Position numbers and translations under genes: made by a program. The notes beneath the pieces were generated by a model, which saw only the letters and a list, made by a program, of their open reading frames with translations, did no database searches and was not told the DNA's origin. From Nostoc sp. PCC 7120 = FACHB-418 (GTDB lineage Bacteria; Cyanobacteriota; Cyanobacteriia; Cyanobacteriales; Nostocaceae): a stretch of DNA of 32,000 nucleotides. Positions within the stretch are counted from its first letter, which is position 1; every line of letters begins with the position of its first letter. This document shows positions 7,904 to 17,207 of this stretch, in pieces. The stretch spans positions 1,350,001-1,382,000 of the forward strand of contig NC_003272.1 in NCBI RefSeq assembly GCF_000009705.1, written 5' to 3'.

Positions 7904-8992
7904 ATGACCAGTTCTCCTACATCTACACAAGAATCTTCTACTAGCTGGTATCTTCTACTGCAACAATTAATAGATGGTGAATCTCTAAGCCGATCGCAAG
8001 CTGCTGAATTGATGCAGGGTTGGCTCAGTGAAGCCGTACCCCCAGAGTTATCAGGCGCAATCTTAACGGCACTCAATTTTAAAGGCGTTTCTGCCGACGA
8101 GTTGACTGGTATGGCTGAAGTACTACAATCTCAATCGAAAATGGGGACTGGGGAAAATTATTCTCAATTACCAATTACCAATTCCCCATTCTCCATAATC
8201 GATACTTGTGGCACTGGTGGCGATGGGTCATCGACTTTTAATATTTCTACGGCGGTGGCGTTTGTGGCAGCTGCTTATGGTGTACCTGTTGCCAAGCATG
8301 GTAATCGTTCGGCTTCGAGTTTGACTGGTAGCGCCGATGTTTTGGAAGCTTTGGGTGTTAACTTGGGTGCTTCCCCCGAAAAAGTACAAGCTGCACTGCA
8401 AGAAGTCGGGATCACATTTTTGTTTGCCCCTGGTTGGCATCCTGCACTCAAGGCGGTGGCTACTTTGCGACGGACTTTAAGAATCCGCACGGTGTTTAAT
8501 TTGCTGGGGCCGTTGGTCAATCCTCTGCGTCCCACTGGGCAAGTGGTGGGGTTATTTACTCCCAAACTTTTGACAACTGTTGCCCAAGCTTTAGATAATT
8601 TGGGTAAGCAAAAGGCGATCGTCTTACATGGACGAGAACGGCTTGATGAGGCTGGCTTGGGTGATTTAACAGACTTAGCAGTATTATCTGATGGTGAGCT
8701 ACAGTTAACTACGATCAATCCCCAAGAAGTGGGTGTGACACCTGCTCCTATTGGCGCACTCCGGGGTGGTGATGTACAAGAAAATGCGGAAATTCTCAAA
8801 GCTGTATTGCAAGGTAAAGGAACCCAAGCACAGCAAGACGCTGTAGCTTTAAATGCGGCGTTGGCGCTACAGGTGGCGGGTGCAGTCCCATTATTAGACC
8901 ATGCCCAAGGTGTGAGTGTCGCTAAGGAGATCCTACAGACTGGTACTGCCTGGGCAAAATTGGCACAATTGGTATACTTTCTGGGGAATTAG
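7904..8992 (+). CDS. trpD: Anthranilate phosphoribosyltransferase
   Basis: [18 protein letters not shown] and [22 protein letters not shown] are signature TrpD motifs. At 362 aa the length is typical. Confidence 0.9.
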   Translation: MTSSPTSTQESSTSWYLLLQQLIDGESLSRSQAAELMQGWLSEAVPPELSGAILTALNFKGVSADELTGMAEVLQSQSKMGTGENYSQLPITNSPFSIIDTCGTGGDGSSTFNISTAVAFVAAAYGVPVAKHGNRSASSLTGSADVLEALGVNLGASPEKVQAALQEVGITFLFAPGWHPALKAVATLRRTLRIRTVFNLLGPLVNPLRPTGQVVGLFTPKLLTTVAQALDNLGKQKAIVLHGRERLDEAGLGDLTDLAVLSDGELQLTTINPQEVGVTPAPIGALRGGDVQENAEILKAVLQGKGTQAQQDAVALNAALALQVAGAVPLLDHAQGVSVAKEILQTGTAWAKLAQLVYFLGN

Positions 8993-10049
8993 CTTCTGAA
9001 TGTGCTTGGCGGCGGAATTCTACGACATTGCGCCTAATAGTGACATCGTAATTACCAAAAAAATCATGTCCTAAAAGCCCGGTTTCGAGTTCCGCCCCAG
9101 CGATCGCTACTGGTACTCTATTTACTATCACCCCTCCCACTGCCATCGAATCTACATAACCAATGGGAAACTCTACACCCTTAGAACTAGCAGTGTTAGC
9201 CTTGGCTTTACCGACAGTAACCACTCTCAAAGCATTCGCCATTTCTTGAGTGATCACAGTACCACTGGCTCCAGTATCGACAATCATGTCAAATTGCTGC
9301 TGACCGTTGAATGTCACCGTCACAATTGGCGTACCCCCAATTCGGCGTTTAATCGGGGCAACAAAAACATCTTGTTCCGAGGTAAGTGCTGCTGATATGG
9401 GAAAATTTACTGGTTCTGTTGACAGTTTTGTACTTCCAGGTGGCGGCACAGGGATAACAAACTGAGGTGAGCTAGACTGTTGGGGCGCAGTTGCCACTAC
9501 CCTGGGAGTCGGTCTTGTAGGCAATGGTCGGGCGACCGTATTAGCTTGGCGTACAGCATTTTTCATCTGACGCTGATACTCAGAAATTTTAGTTTGAGCG
9601 ATCGCAAACTCAGAACTTTGTTTTTCGACTTGTTTCATCAGCGCGATCGCATCATGGAACTGACTGGCTACCAAATACCAATCATCAGGCGATTGCGCCG
9701 ATTGGCTAATACTCTCAGCACCAGCTGCTTTATCTAACCCCATCTCAAAAGAACTCGGTTCCATTGGCGATGATGGCAACTCTTTTGACTCCGGAATATT
9801 GGGTGCTACTTGTGGTTCATCGGAAACTGGTACTGGCAAATCCTCCGTCACCACAGACTGTTGATTACGAAGAATAGCCGTTTTTTGTTTGTCTGTGCTA
9901 CAAGCAACACTGAAAAAGGCGATCGTACCAGACAAACAAATCAGGATTGCGCGAGATAAAAAGGGCTGAAGCATAATTAATTGTAATCTTACCTGTTCCA
10001 GCGAAGGCATATTGAGGGAGTGGGGAGTCATACCAACATCAAAATTCAA
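8922..10049 (-). CDS. Secreted or lipoprotein retropepsin-like (clan AA) aspartic protease
   Basis: The C-terminal domain has [14 protein letters not shown] (D-T-G-A active site) and GLLGHDFF. The N-terminus has a signal-like segment ending FSVAC. The likely true start is M26 (nt 9974) rather than 10049. The 3' end overlaps trpD convergently by 71 nt. Confidence 0.7.
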   Translation of the reverse strand: MNFDVGMTPHSLNMPSLEQVRLQLIMLQPFLSRAILICLSGTIAFFSVACSTDKQKTAILRNQQSVVTEDLPVPVSDEPQVAPNIPESKELPSSPMEPSSFEMGLDKAAGAESISQSAQSPDDWYLVASQFHDAIALMKQVEKQSSEFAIAQTKISEYQRQMKNAVRQANTVARPLPTRPTPRVVATAPQQSSSPQFVIPVPPPGSTKLSTEPVNFPISAALTSEQDVFVAPIKRRIGGTPIVTVTFNGQQQFDMIVDTGASGTVITQEMANALRVVTVGKAKANTASSKGVEFPIGYVDSMAVGGVIVNRVPVAIAGAELETGLLGHDFFGNYDVTIRRNVVEFRRQAHSEANSPESIPIVPILPRQYQSVGSP

Positions 10050-10404
10050 AATTAAAAATCAAGATAGGACAAGCCTTTGGGGCTGTATATTTGTTGCCTT
10101 CTTTTTTCAAATTGGTATTACTGCGACTGCGTTCAGTAACCAGAGGAGTAGGGAGTGGGAAATAAGAAATTCTTCTTGTACACCCCTACACCCCCATACC
10201 CTTACACCCTCATTTCCCTTCCCCAACGGCTCTGGCATTTTCCCATCATTAGCTATTTTGATTTTAAGTTTTAATTAATTTCCTGGCGAACGTGTAATTC
10301 ACAAACTCATGGGATAATTAACACTCGCAGTGTGGGTATTAAGGACTAACGACTGAAAAAATCTCAACAATCACAGAGCAACGGAGAAAAAAATTTCTCC
10401 AATT

Positions 10405-10442
10405 CCCAGTCCCCCATCCCCAATCCCCCCAGTCCCCATCCT
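10405..10442. repeat. C-rich STRR-like heptamer tract (CCCAGTC/CCCCATC-type units)
   Basis: The sequence cccagtcccccatccccaatccccccagtccccatcc lies just upstream of carA and shows 7-nt periodicity. Confidence 0.7.
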
Positions 10443-10454
10443 AATTCATCGCTT

Positions 10455-11621
10455 ATGCCCCTGTCTGACGCAATGCCTGCTCTCCTTGTCTTGGCAGATG
10501 GAACTGCTTACCGTGGTTGGTCTTTCGGTGCGACGGGAACCACCATTGGCGAAGTCGTCTTCAACACTGGTATGACTGGCTATCAAGAAGTATTGACAGA
10601 TCCTAGTTACCGTGGTCAAATTGTCGTCTTCACCTATCCCGAATTGGGGAATACAGGCGTTAATCCTGAAGACGAAGAATCAGCACGTCCCCAAGTGCGG
10701 GGAGCGATCGCCCGCAATATTTGTCATAAACCGAGTAACTGGCGATCCACACAATCCTTACCCGACTACCTCAAACAGCACCACATCCCCGGTATCTTTG
10801 GTATAGATACCCGCGCCCTCACCCGCAAAATTCGGATGTACGGAGCCATGAACGGCGGTATTTCTACAGAAATTTTGGATGAAGCGGAGTTGTTAGAACA
10901 GGTACAAGCAGCTCCTAACATGGCAGGCTTAAACTTAGTCCGGGAAGTTACCACCTCTACAGTCTACGAATGGTCAGACCCTACAACAGCAGTTTGGGAA
11001 TTTAACCCAGATGGTACGGTAAAGAATGGGGAATCCTTGACAGTTGTCGCCCTAGATTTTGGTGTTAAACGTAATATTTTACGTCGTTTAGCCAGTTATG
11101 GTTGCCGAGTCATTGTTGTACCTGCCGATACATCACCAGAAGAAATCCTCAAATACAATCCAGATGGTATTTTCCTCTCGAACGGCCCTGGCGACCCGTC
11201 GGCAGTTACAGAAGGTATTACCACAGCCAAAGCATTGCTCGAAAGCGAAAAGCCCATTTTCGGTATTTGTATGGGACACCAAATTTTGGGTCACGCCTTG
11301 GGAGCAGAAACCTTTAAGCTGAAATTTGGACATCGGGGTTTAAATCAACCAGCCGGTTTAACACAACGGGTAGAAATCACCAGCCAAAACCACAGCTTTG
11401 CGATCGACCCAGATTCTTTACCTGAGGCAGTTGTGGAAATCAGCCACCTCAATTTAAACGATCGCACTGTTGCAGGTCTGCGCCACAAATCTCTACCCAT
11501 CTTTTCCGTGCAGTACCACCCAGAAGCCAGCCCAGGCCCTCACGATGCTGATTACTTGTTTGCCCAGTTTGTTCATCAAATGCGGACAACAAAACAAGCC
11601 ACTACAGCAGAAGTGAGTTAA
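10455..11621 (+). CDS. carA: Carbamoyl-phosphate synthase small (glutamine amidotransferase) subunit
   Basis: Typical CarA N-terminus ([30 protein letters not shown]). The class I GATase triad context GICMGHQ and YHPEA is present. Confidence 0.92.
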   Translation: MPLSDAMPALLVLADGTAYRGWSFGATGTTIGEVVFNTGMTGYQEVLTDPSYRGQIVVFTYPELGNTGVNPEDEESARPQVRGAIARNICHKPSNWRSTQSLPDYLKQHHIPGIFGIDTRALTRKIRMYGAMNGGISTEILDEAELLEQVQAAPNMAGLNLVREVTTSTVYEWSDPTTAVWEFNPDGTVKNGESLTVVALDFGVKRNILRRLASYGCRVIVVPADTSPEEILKYNPDGIFLSNGPGDPSAVTEGITTAKALLESEKPIFGICMGHQILGHALGAETFKLKFGHRGLNQPAGLTQRVEITSQNHSFAIDPDSLPEAVVEISHLNLNDRTVAGLRHKSLPIFSVQYHPEASPGPHDADYLFAQFVHQMRTTKQATTAEVS

Positions 11622-11624
11622 AAA

Positions 11625-11727
11625 GGGATTGGGGAATAGGAACTAGGAACTAGAAAGGTACAGGGAATAAGGGAGAAGAAATTTACCTAACACCCAATAC
11701 CCAGTCCCCGATCCCCATACCCCAGTA
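11625..11727. repeat. Paired G-rich and C-rich heptamer tracts in inverted orientation (STRR-like)
   Basis: gggattggggaataggaactaggaactag lies opposite cacccaatacccagtccccgatccccataccccagt, and the two could pair as a long imperfect hairpin after carA. Confidence 0.6.
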
Positions 11728-11761
11728 GGTTGTAGACAACACGCCCAAAAAACATCTATAC

Positions 11762-12163
11762 TTGAGCGTTCACTTTAACGACGAGGAGGGAATTATTGCT
11801 GAACCACTAAATCTAACCGTAAGCCTGAGAGGTACTCGTGAAGTCCGCGATAACTATCAGCTATTCCGCCTCACAGGTCTGTTAGATGCCTTTTCTGAGC
11901 CGACGTTTCGCAAGGTACTTGGCGGCAAAATTGATGAAGGCCCAAAGCATATTATTCTGGATCTTTCGCAAATTGACTTTGTTGACAGTTCCGGCTTGGG
12001 CGCTCTGGTGCAGCTAGCCAAGCAAGCTCAAACGGCCGAAGGAACCTTGCAAATTGTCACCAATGCACGCGTTACTCAAACTGTCAAGCTCGTTCGCTTA
12101 GAGAAGTTTCTCTCACTGCAATCCACAGTTGACGCAGCTGTAGAAAACATCAAGGGTGCTTGA
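11762..12163 (+). CDS. STAS-domain anti-sigma-factor antagonist (SpoIIAA-like)
   Basis: 133 aa with a TTG start. DLSQIDFVDSSGLGALV contains the conserved phosphorylatable D-S-S-G-L motif of SpoIIAA/RsbV-type proteins. Confidence 0.8.
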   Translation: MSVHFNDEEGIIAEPLNLTVSLRGTREVRDNYQLFRLTGLLDAFSEPTFRKVLGGKIDEGPKHIILDLSQIDFVDSSGLGALVQLAKQAQTAEGTLQIVTNARVTQTVKLVRLEKFLSLQSTVDAAVENIKGA

Positions 12164-12175
12164 CCTCATAGAGAG

Positions 12176-12210
12176 ATTAAGCTATCCGATATTTTTCGGC
12201 ATAGCTTAAT
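12176..12210 (+). terminator. Hairpin downstream of the STAS gene (candidate intrinsic terminator)
   Basis: attaagctat (12176-12185) pairs with atagcttaat (12201-12210). An inner ccga/tcgg pair is also present, and the hairpin is followed by ttat. A second nested hairpin follows (gttggc..cctctc..gagagg..gccaac, 12221-12266). The U-tract is weak. Confidence 0.45.
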
Positions 12211-12462
12211 TTATAGAAAGGTTGGCGAAAAACCTCTCTCTGTCTGGGAGAGGTAAAAAAGCCAACGATAAGAATAGGGAATGGGGACTAGTAGTTCACT
12301 AACCCAAAGTTGCTAGGCTAAGGCAAGCAGGGAGAGCAGAGGGAGAAAGAGATGTTTCACTGCTATTAACCTCGCAAACTTGACTGACCGGACTACTAGC
12401 TAAAAAATTTACCAAAAAAATGGGTCTAAAGCCTCGCCCTTTTAGGGCGACTTTGATTATGT

Positions 12463-12468
12463 TATAAT
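12463..12468 (+). promoter_or_regulatory. Consensus -10 hexamer TATAAT upstream of tnpB
   Basis: An exact TATAAT lies 27 nt upstream of the tnpB ATG (12495). No clear -35 element was seen. Confidence 0.3.
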
Positions 12469-12494
12469 GTTTGCGTAGAAGTTTCCCACGTAAA

Positions 12495-13706
12495 ATGATT
12501 GTTTTAGAATTCAAAGCCAAAGGGAAAACAACTCAATACAATGCCATTGATGAGGCGATAAGAACAGCTCAATTTGTTCGCAATAAGAGTATCCGTTTTT
12601 GGATGGATAACCGAGGTGTAGGGCAAAAAGAACTGTATCGAATAGCCAAGTCTTTGAGGTCTGAATTCTCATTTGTGAAAGCTTTGAACTCTAGTGCTTG
12701 TCAAGCATCTATCGAACGGGCTTATAGCTCTATTGCTCGTTTCTACGACAGCTGCAAAAAGTCTGTTCCGGGCAAAAAAGGATATCCAAAGTTCAAGAAA
12801 AATTCTCGCTCAGTGGAATACAAAACGTCTGGGTGGTCACTTTCTCAGACTAGGAAACAAATAACATTCACCGACAAAAAGGGTATTGGCAAGCTAAAAC
12901 TTAAAGGAACGTGGGATTTAAGCTTCTACCAATTAGAACAGATAAAACGAGTTAGGTTAGTCCGCCGTGCTGACGGGTACTATGTTCAATTTTTGATTAG
13001 TGCAGACAACAAAGTAGAAACACAACCCACTGGTAAAACCATTGGTTTAGATGTTGGACTAAAAGAGTTCTACACAGATAGCAATGGATATAGTGAACCT
13101 AACCCAAGATTTTATCGCACGGGAGAGAAACGCCTCAAGTTTAGACAAAAGCGCGTTTCTCGCAAAAAGAAAGGCTCTACCAGCCGTAAGAGAGCTATTA
13201 ATAGGTTAGGGCGAGTACACCTCAAAATAAGTAGGCAACGTGAAGAACACGCCAAGAGAGTGGCGCGTTGCGTAATCCAGTCTAACGATTTGGTAGCCTA
13301 TGAAGATTTGAGGATCAAGAATTTAGTTAAAAATCATTGTCTCGCTAAATCTATTAATGATGCTGGTTGGTATCAATTCAGAAAATGGTTGGAGTTTTTC
13401 GGAGTGAAGTTTGGCAGAATAACTGTTGCGGTTAACCCTGCCTATACATCGCAAGAATGCTCTAACTGTGGCGCAATGGTCAAAAAATCTCTATCAACCA
13501 GAACTCATGCTTGTGAATGTGGTTTCGTCATGGATAGGGATTGGAATGCGGCTATCAATATTCTGAAATTAGCCTTGAGTACCGTAGGTCATACGGGAAC
13601 TTGGGTCATAGACCCGAACGCTTCAGGAGATTCGACCTCTACTCATGCTGGAGAAATCCTGTCTGAGCAAGTTGGGTCAAAGATTGAAGAATCTTCGCCC
13701 TTATAG
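12495..13706 (+). CDS. tnpB: TnpB (OrfB) RNA-guided endonuclease / IS605-family accessory protein
   Basis: The start MIVLEFKAKGK..YNAIDEAIRTAQFVRNK is typical of the family. RuvC-I is IGLDVGL, RuvC-II is VAYEDL, the zinc finger is CSNCG..CECG and RuvC-III is DRDWNAAINI, and all are intact. The track start at 12471 is a TTG upstream extension, so I prefer the ATG at 12495. Confidence 0.9.
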   Translation: MIVLEFKAKGKTTQYNAIDEAIRTAQFVRNKSIRFWMDNRGVGQKELYRIAKSLRSEFSFVKALNSSACQASIERAYSSIARFYDSCKKSVPGKKGYPKFKKNSRSVEYKTSGWSLSQTRKQITFTDKKGIGKLKLKGTWDLSFYQLEQIKRVRLVRRADGYYVQFLISADNKVETQPTGKTIGLDVGLKEFYTDSNGYSEPNPRFYRTGEKRLKFRQKRVSRKKKGSTSRKRAINRLGRVHLKISRQREEHAKRVARCVIQSNDLVAYEDLRIKNLVKNHCLAKSINDAGWYQFRKWLEFFGVKFGRITVAVNPAYTSQECSNCGAMVKKSLSTRTHACECGFVMDRDWNAAINILKLALSTVGHTGTWVIDPNASGDSTSTHAGEILSEQVGSKIEESSPL

Positions 13707-14016
13707 GGCGGAGAGTGTCAAAACTCATCTCTCATCTCACGATTGCCAGAGTTTAGGTTGACCAAGTTATTTATCTATAGCAAACTAACCAATAAAAAGA
13801 TATATTAGGAAATGATTTTTTATAGCATTGAATTCAGCTAGGTGTAGCAAAATGGCGTAATAGAAAATCAGCCTTTTGGTAGATGCCTTATAAATGTAGT
13901 AAAGTATAAAGGCAATTATAGATACCCTCTGAAATTAAAAAAAACTGCCAAAACCAGGCATCTAAAATTTTTTATCTTTGCTTTTTAATATTACCCCGTG
14001 AAGGAATGATGAATTT

Positions 14017-14502
14017 GTGAAGTCCCAGGAGGAAGAGTTACTAGATAAACAAGGTGAAGACCTTAAGCCAGATTCATCTTGGGATCAAGCACTCTTGGCA
14101 ACTACCGCGCCATTAATTCAGAATATCTCCCAGACACAATTGCAGCAGATTTCTCCTGCGGCTTTAGCTTATGTAGGGGATGCAATTTATGAACTGTATG
14201 TTAGAATGTTTTACCTGCTACCACTACAGCGATCAGATGCTTACCATCGTTTAGTAGTAGCACAAGTAAGAGCAGAAACACAGGCGCTACATTTGCGATC
14301 GCTGACTCCTTACCTGAGGGCAAGTGAATTAGAAATTGTCCGCCGAGGCCGTAATGCTGCCGCAGGTCGTCCCAAACGAGTTAATCCCGAAATATATCAA
14401 CAAGCCACTAGTCTTGAAGCTTTAATAGGCTACCTTTATCTCACCGATTTCCCACGTTTAACCGAACTGTTACAGAAAATCCATCTAGAGAAAGAAGAAT
14501 AA
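14017..14502 (+). CDS. mrnC: Mini-ribonuclease III
   Basis: LAYVGDAIYELYVR and VRRGRNAAAGRPKR match the Mini-III (MrnC/YazC) signatures. The start is GTG. The gene lies immediately upstream of rlmB, as in Firmicutes. Confidence 0.8.
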   Translation: MKSQEEELLDKQGEDLKPDSSWDQALLATTAPLIQNISQTQLQQISPAALAYVGDAIYELYVRMFYLLPLQRSDAYHRLVVAQVRAETQALHLRSLTPYLRASELEIVRRGRNAAAGRPKRVNPEIYQQATSLEALIGYLYLTDFPRLTELLQKIHLEKEE

Positions 14503-14600
14503 TTTAACTACTCAATCTCAATGATCGGAAGTTTTTTAAGTTTAGGTTCAGTACATACAGGAATCGGACTGTCTACCCATGCGCCATACGCCAAAATATT

Positions 14601-15608
14601 ATGACTAACAAACCTAAAAAAATTAAGACTGTCGGTGAGGCCAATCGCGGACAACCCGTAAAAATCAAGGGTAAACGCGTCATTGCCAATCCTATTCGCA
14701 GCCAAAGAAATGGGGAGAGCAATTCTGGCTCTAGCAGCAGTTCACGTCCTCCACGTCCGCGTCGTCAATATTCTGATTCAGCTCCTATTCGTCAATATTC
14801 TGATTCAGCCCCTATTCCCAAACCACAAGAGGATAACGACAACGATATTATCTATGGTCGTCATCCAGTCCTTAGTGCTTTGCAAAATCAACGTGGACTC
14901 AACCGCATCTGGGTAACTCCTCGACTACGTTACGATCCCCGGTTTCATAATTTGATTCTGCAAGCCAAGGACAATGGTGCAGTCATAGACGAAGTAGACA
15001 CCAAACGCTTAGATCAAATCACCGACCAAGCTAATCACCAAGGCATAGCTGCACAGATTGCGCCCTACTCGTATATTGATTTATATGAATTAATCGCCCA
15101 GGCTAAAACTGTCACAGATCCCGTCATTGTGGTAGCTGATAGCATCACAGATCCCCATAATTTAGGGGCAATTATTCGTACAGCCGAAGCAATTGGCGCT
15201 CAAGGCTTGGTTATTCCCCAAAGAAGAGCATCCGGGATCACTTCTACAGTCGTGAAAGTAGCAGCAGGCGCTTTAGAAAACTTTCCTGTAGCCAGAGTTG
15301 TCAACCTTGGACGCGCTTTAGAAGATTTAAAAGAGGCAGGCTTCTGGATTTATGGAACTGCGGCTGGAGGTAGTGAACCTCTGCACACGGTCAGCTTCCG
15401 GGGACCCATTGTTTTGGTCATCGGCTCGGAAGGCGAAGGCTTGAGTATGTTAACTCAGCGCTCATGTGATGTTTTGGTATCAATTCCCCTGATGGGTAAG
15501 ACCCCTAGTCTGAATGCCTCAGTTGCCGCAGGAATGGCGCTTTATGAGATTTTCCGCCAACGCTCATTAAACACTTTATACCTAGATAAATTACAAAAGC
15601 CTCTATGA
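14601..15608 (+). CDS. rlmB: 23S rRNA 2'-O-ribose (Gm2251-type) methyltransferase, SpoU/TrmH family, with a basic low-complexity N-terminal extension
   Basis: [11 protein letters not shown] is the SpoU substrate-binding domain. [12 protein letters not shown] and [22 protein letters not shown] are SPOUT knot motifs. Confidence 0.85.
   Translation: MTNKPKKIKTVGEANRGQPVKIKGKRVIANPIRSQRNGESNSGSSSSSRPPRPRRQYSDSAPIRQYSDSAPIPKPQEDNDNDIIYGRHPVLSALQNQRGLNRIWVTPRLRYDPRFHNLILQAKDNGAVIDEVDTKRLDQITDQANHQGIAAQIAPYSYIDLYELIAQAKTVTDPVIVVADSITDPHNLGAIIRTAEAIGAQGLVIPQRRASGITSTVVKVAAGALENFPVARVVNLGRALEDLKEAGFWIYGTAAGGSEPLHTVSFRGPIVLVIGSEGEGLSMLTQRSCDVLVSIPLMGKTPSLNASVAAGMALYEIFRQRSLNTLYLDKLQKPL
14763..14816 (+). 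repeat. 27-bp in-frame tandem duplication inside rlmB (RQYSDSAPI x2)
   Basis: Copies at 14763-14789 and 14790-14816 differ at a single position (t/c). Confidence 0.9.
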
Positions 15609-15705
15609 AAATAATCAGTAAAAGAGTATAAAGAAATGTAACAACAAAAAATAGCAATCTCTATTGCTGAACATTCAGTACCACTTTGATCAATTGGCGA
15701 CAACC

Positions 15706-16008
15706 ATGAAAACAATTTGGCAAAACCTGAAAGAAATTACAATTAATACTTTCAATACTTTTGGCTTGGCTTGGTGGGTGGAGATTACTACTCAAAACCC
15801 ATGCTGCACATACTACTTCGGGCCTTTTCTGAATTCTGCTGAGGCGAAGTTAGCCATCAAAGGCTACGTCGAGGATTTAGAGACGGAAGGAGCGCAAGGA
15901 ATAGGTGTGAACGTGAAGCGCTGCAAACCCAATAACTTGACGATTGCTGAAGACCTGGGGGAACGTCTTGACCGCAAAGTAAAGCCTGCCTTTAGCGGTC
16001 AGATGTAA
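15706..16008 (+). CDS. DUF1816-like small cyanobacterial protein
   Basis: WWVEITTQNPCCTYYFGPFLNSAEAKLAIKGYVEDLETEGAQGI matches my memory of the DUF1816 family. I prefer the ATG at 15706 over the TTG at 15664. Confidence 0.6.
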   Translation: MKTIWQNLKEITINTFNTFGLAWWVEITTQNPCCTYYFGPFLNSAEAKLAIKGYVEDLETEGAQGIGVNVKRCKPNNLTIAEDLGERLDRKVKPAFSGQM

Positions 16009-16017
16009 GTTAGGCAA

Positions 16018-16095
16018 TTAGTTAATAGTCATTAGTCATTAGTCATTAGTGATTGCATTTAACTCTTGACTTGGGACTCTTGACTGTGGACTTTG
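16018..16095. repeat. Two adjacent heptamer-periodic tandem tracts (TAGTCAT units, then ACTnnnG units), STRR-like
   Basis: TAGTCAT occurs at 16025, 16032 and 16039, and tagtgat at 16046. These are followed by actcttg/acttggg/actcttg/actgtgg/actttgt from 16061. Confidence 0.8.
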
Positions 16096-16097
16096 TA

Positions 16098-16955
16098 TTA
16101 TTGATTGCTCATTACCTGTGAGTTGTTTGCTAACCACAGGTCAATATCGTTTATTACCTGCTGGGGGATTTCCCAAGGGAAAAGATGGGCGGTATGAGGG
16201 TAGCATTGCCACTGACTATGTTTGAGATGTTGGGCTGTTTCTAAACTGGAATCGGCTGTAATGTGTCTATCTTGAGCGCCGGCCAGTAGCAGACTAGGGC
16301 AATGAATTTGCTCAAGGTCTGCAAGTCGGTTGTATCCTAAACGTAGGGCGCTGTTAAGGGCGTGAGTGGCAGATGTAGAAGTTTGCAAATAAGCTGGTAA
16401 GGCTTCTCTGGCTATGTAATTATAGGCAGTGGGTGTGTGTTGTTGTATGAGATAACGAAACAGCGATCGCTTGCCAAAATTCTCAATATTCCAGCGCCAG
16501 CTTGGTTTGATATAGTTTATTAACCCAGCAACACCTGTATAAAGATTATCCTGCCAAGAAATTGGTGGATGATTACCACGGGGTCTAGCTGCTGTTGCCA
16601 CCAAAATCAGCCCAGTGACACGCTGTGGTAGGCGCAAAGCCAACTCCATTGCTAAAATCCCACCCAAAGACCATCCCAATACTAGGCATTTCTCGATTTG
16701 AAAACGATCTAATAAAGCTTCTAAGTCGGTTAAATGATCCTGCATGGTAAAGTTGCCACGAAAGCGACTTTTGCCGTATCCACGCAAATCAGGGGCAATA
16801 GTTTTGTAACGTTTTGATAAGTGATTGGTAAAAACCGAAAGACTCCGACCACTACCAGGATGTCCATGTAATCCTAATATGGGGAAACCTTGACCTTGGA
16901 TGTGAATGTTAAGTTTCTCAGCCACAGTAATTAATTTGTGATTCTTAATACTCAA
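16098..16955 (-). CDS. Alpha/beta-fold hydrolase
   Basis: HGHPGS oxyanion region, the nucleophile elbow LGWSLGG (G-x-S-x-G) and a C-terminal His context (HTAHLFPWE). Confidence 0.8.
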   Translation of the reverse strand: MSIKNHKLITVAEKLNIHIQGQGFPILGLHGHPGSGRSLSVFTNHLSKRYKTIAPDLRGYGKSRFRGNFTMQDHLTDLEALLDRFQIEKCLVLGWSLGGILAMELALRLPQRVTGLILVATAARPRGNHPPISWQDNLYTGVAGLINYIKPSWRWNIENFGKRSLFRYLIQQHTPTAYNYIAREALPAYLQTSTSATHALNSALRLGYNRLADLEQIHCPSLLLAGAQDRHITADSSLETAQHLKHSQWQCYPHTAHLFPWEIPQQVINDIDLWLANNSQVMSNQ

Positions 16956-17207
16956 TTATTAGGCTTACACTTACGTAATTTGTAATTTACGTCTGACGTG
17001 AATTAGGAAAACCTTCTATATCCAAAAAATAGCCTATACTTGCGGCTAATGAGACTCGGTAGAGGCGAGTTAATCAAATATCATAAACAATTTGATCCCG
17101 GTGAACCCACCCCTACAAATGTCTACTGAATTAACAGATTTTAATTCACATGAGACGCAATTTTAAATTTTAAAAGCTTCCTCTGCTATCCTGTTCCCTT
17201 GCCTTCC

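Larger units (their letters stand above)
12434..13711 (+). mobile_element. IS200/IS605-family element of the tnpB-only (IS1341/IS891-like) type; minimal extent, hairpin to hairpin
   Basis: Near-identical subterminal hairpins sit at both ends: tcgccct-ttt-agggcga at 12434-12450 and cgccct-tat-agggcg at 13696-13710. They bracket a single tnpB ORF. No tnpA (Y1 HUH) gene is present. The exact ends are not determinable from one copy. Confidence 0.65.

Noticed and set aside
6143-7904. Type II restriction-modification system around the Dam-class methyltransferase
   Set aside because: No candidate endonuclease ORF exists on either side. The 97-nt and 61-nt flanking spacers are too short, and the neighbours are a membrane protein and trpD.
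8228-8799. Minus-strand ORFs 8228..8440 (70 aa) and 8275..8799 (174 aa), antisense to trpD
   Set aside because: trpD carries unambiguous signature motifs on the + strand. The antisense translations are Arg/Ser/Pro/Thr-rich shadow sequences.
10012-10278. ORF 10012..10278 (+), 88 aa
   Set aside because: It runs through STRR-like repeat DNA and the antisense 5' end of the protease gene, and its composition reflects the repeats.
12299-12520. ORF 12299..12520 (-), 73 aa, upstream of and overlapping the tnpB start
   Set aside because: It spans the IS left-end hairpin and promoter region antisense to tnpB. It has no motif and is better explained as non-coding IS-end or flank DNA.
13707-14016. Hidden gene or tRNA in the 311-bp AT-rich spacer after the TnpB element; a 9-bp inverted repeat tagatgcct/aggcatcta lies at 13880-13888 and 13956-13964
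   Set aside because: There is no ORF of meaningful length and no tRNA-like T-arm or acceptor pattern. The inverted repeat is short, and in AT-rich DNA it is insufficient for a feature call.
16018-16095. Possibility that the tandem repeat tracts (also 4951-4985 and 10405-10442) are a CRISPR array
   Set aside because: The units are only 7 nt with no unique spacers, and no cas genes are in the window. They fit STRR-type microsatellites instead.
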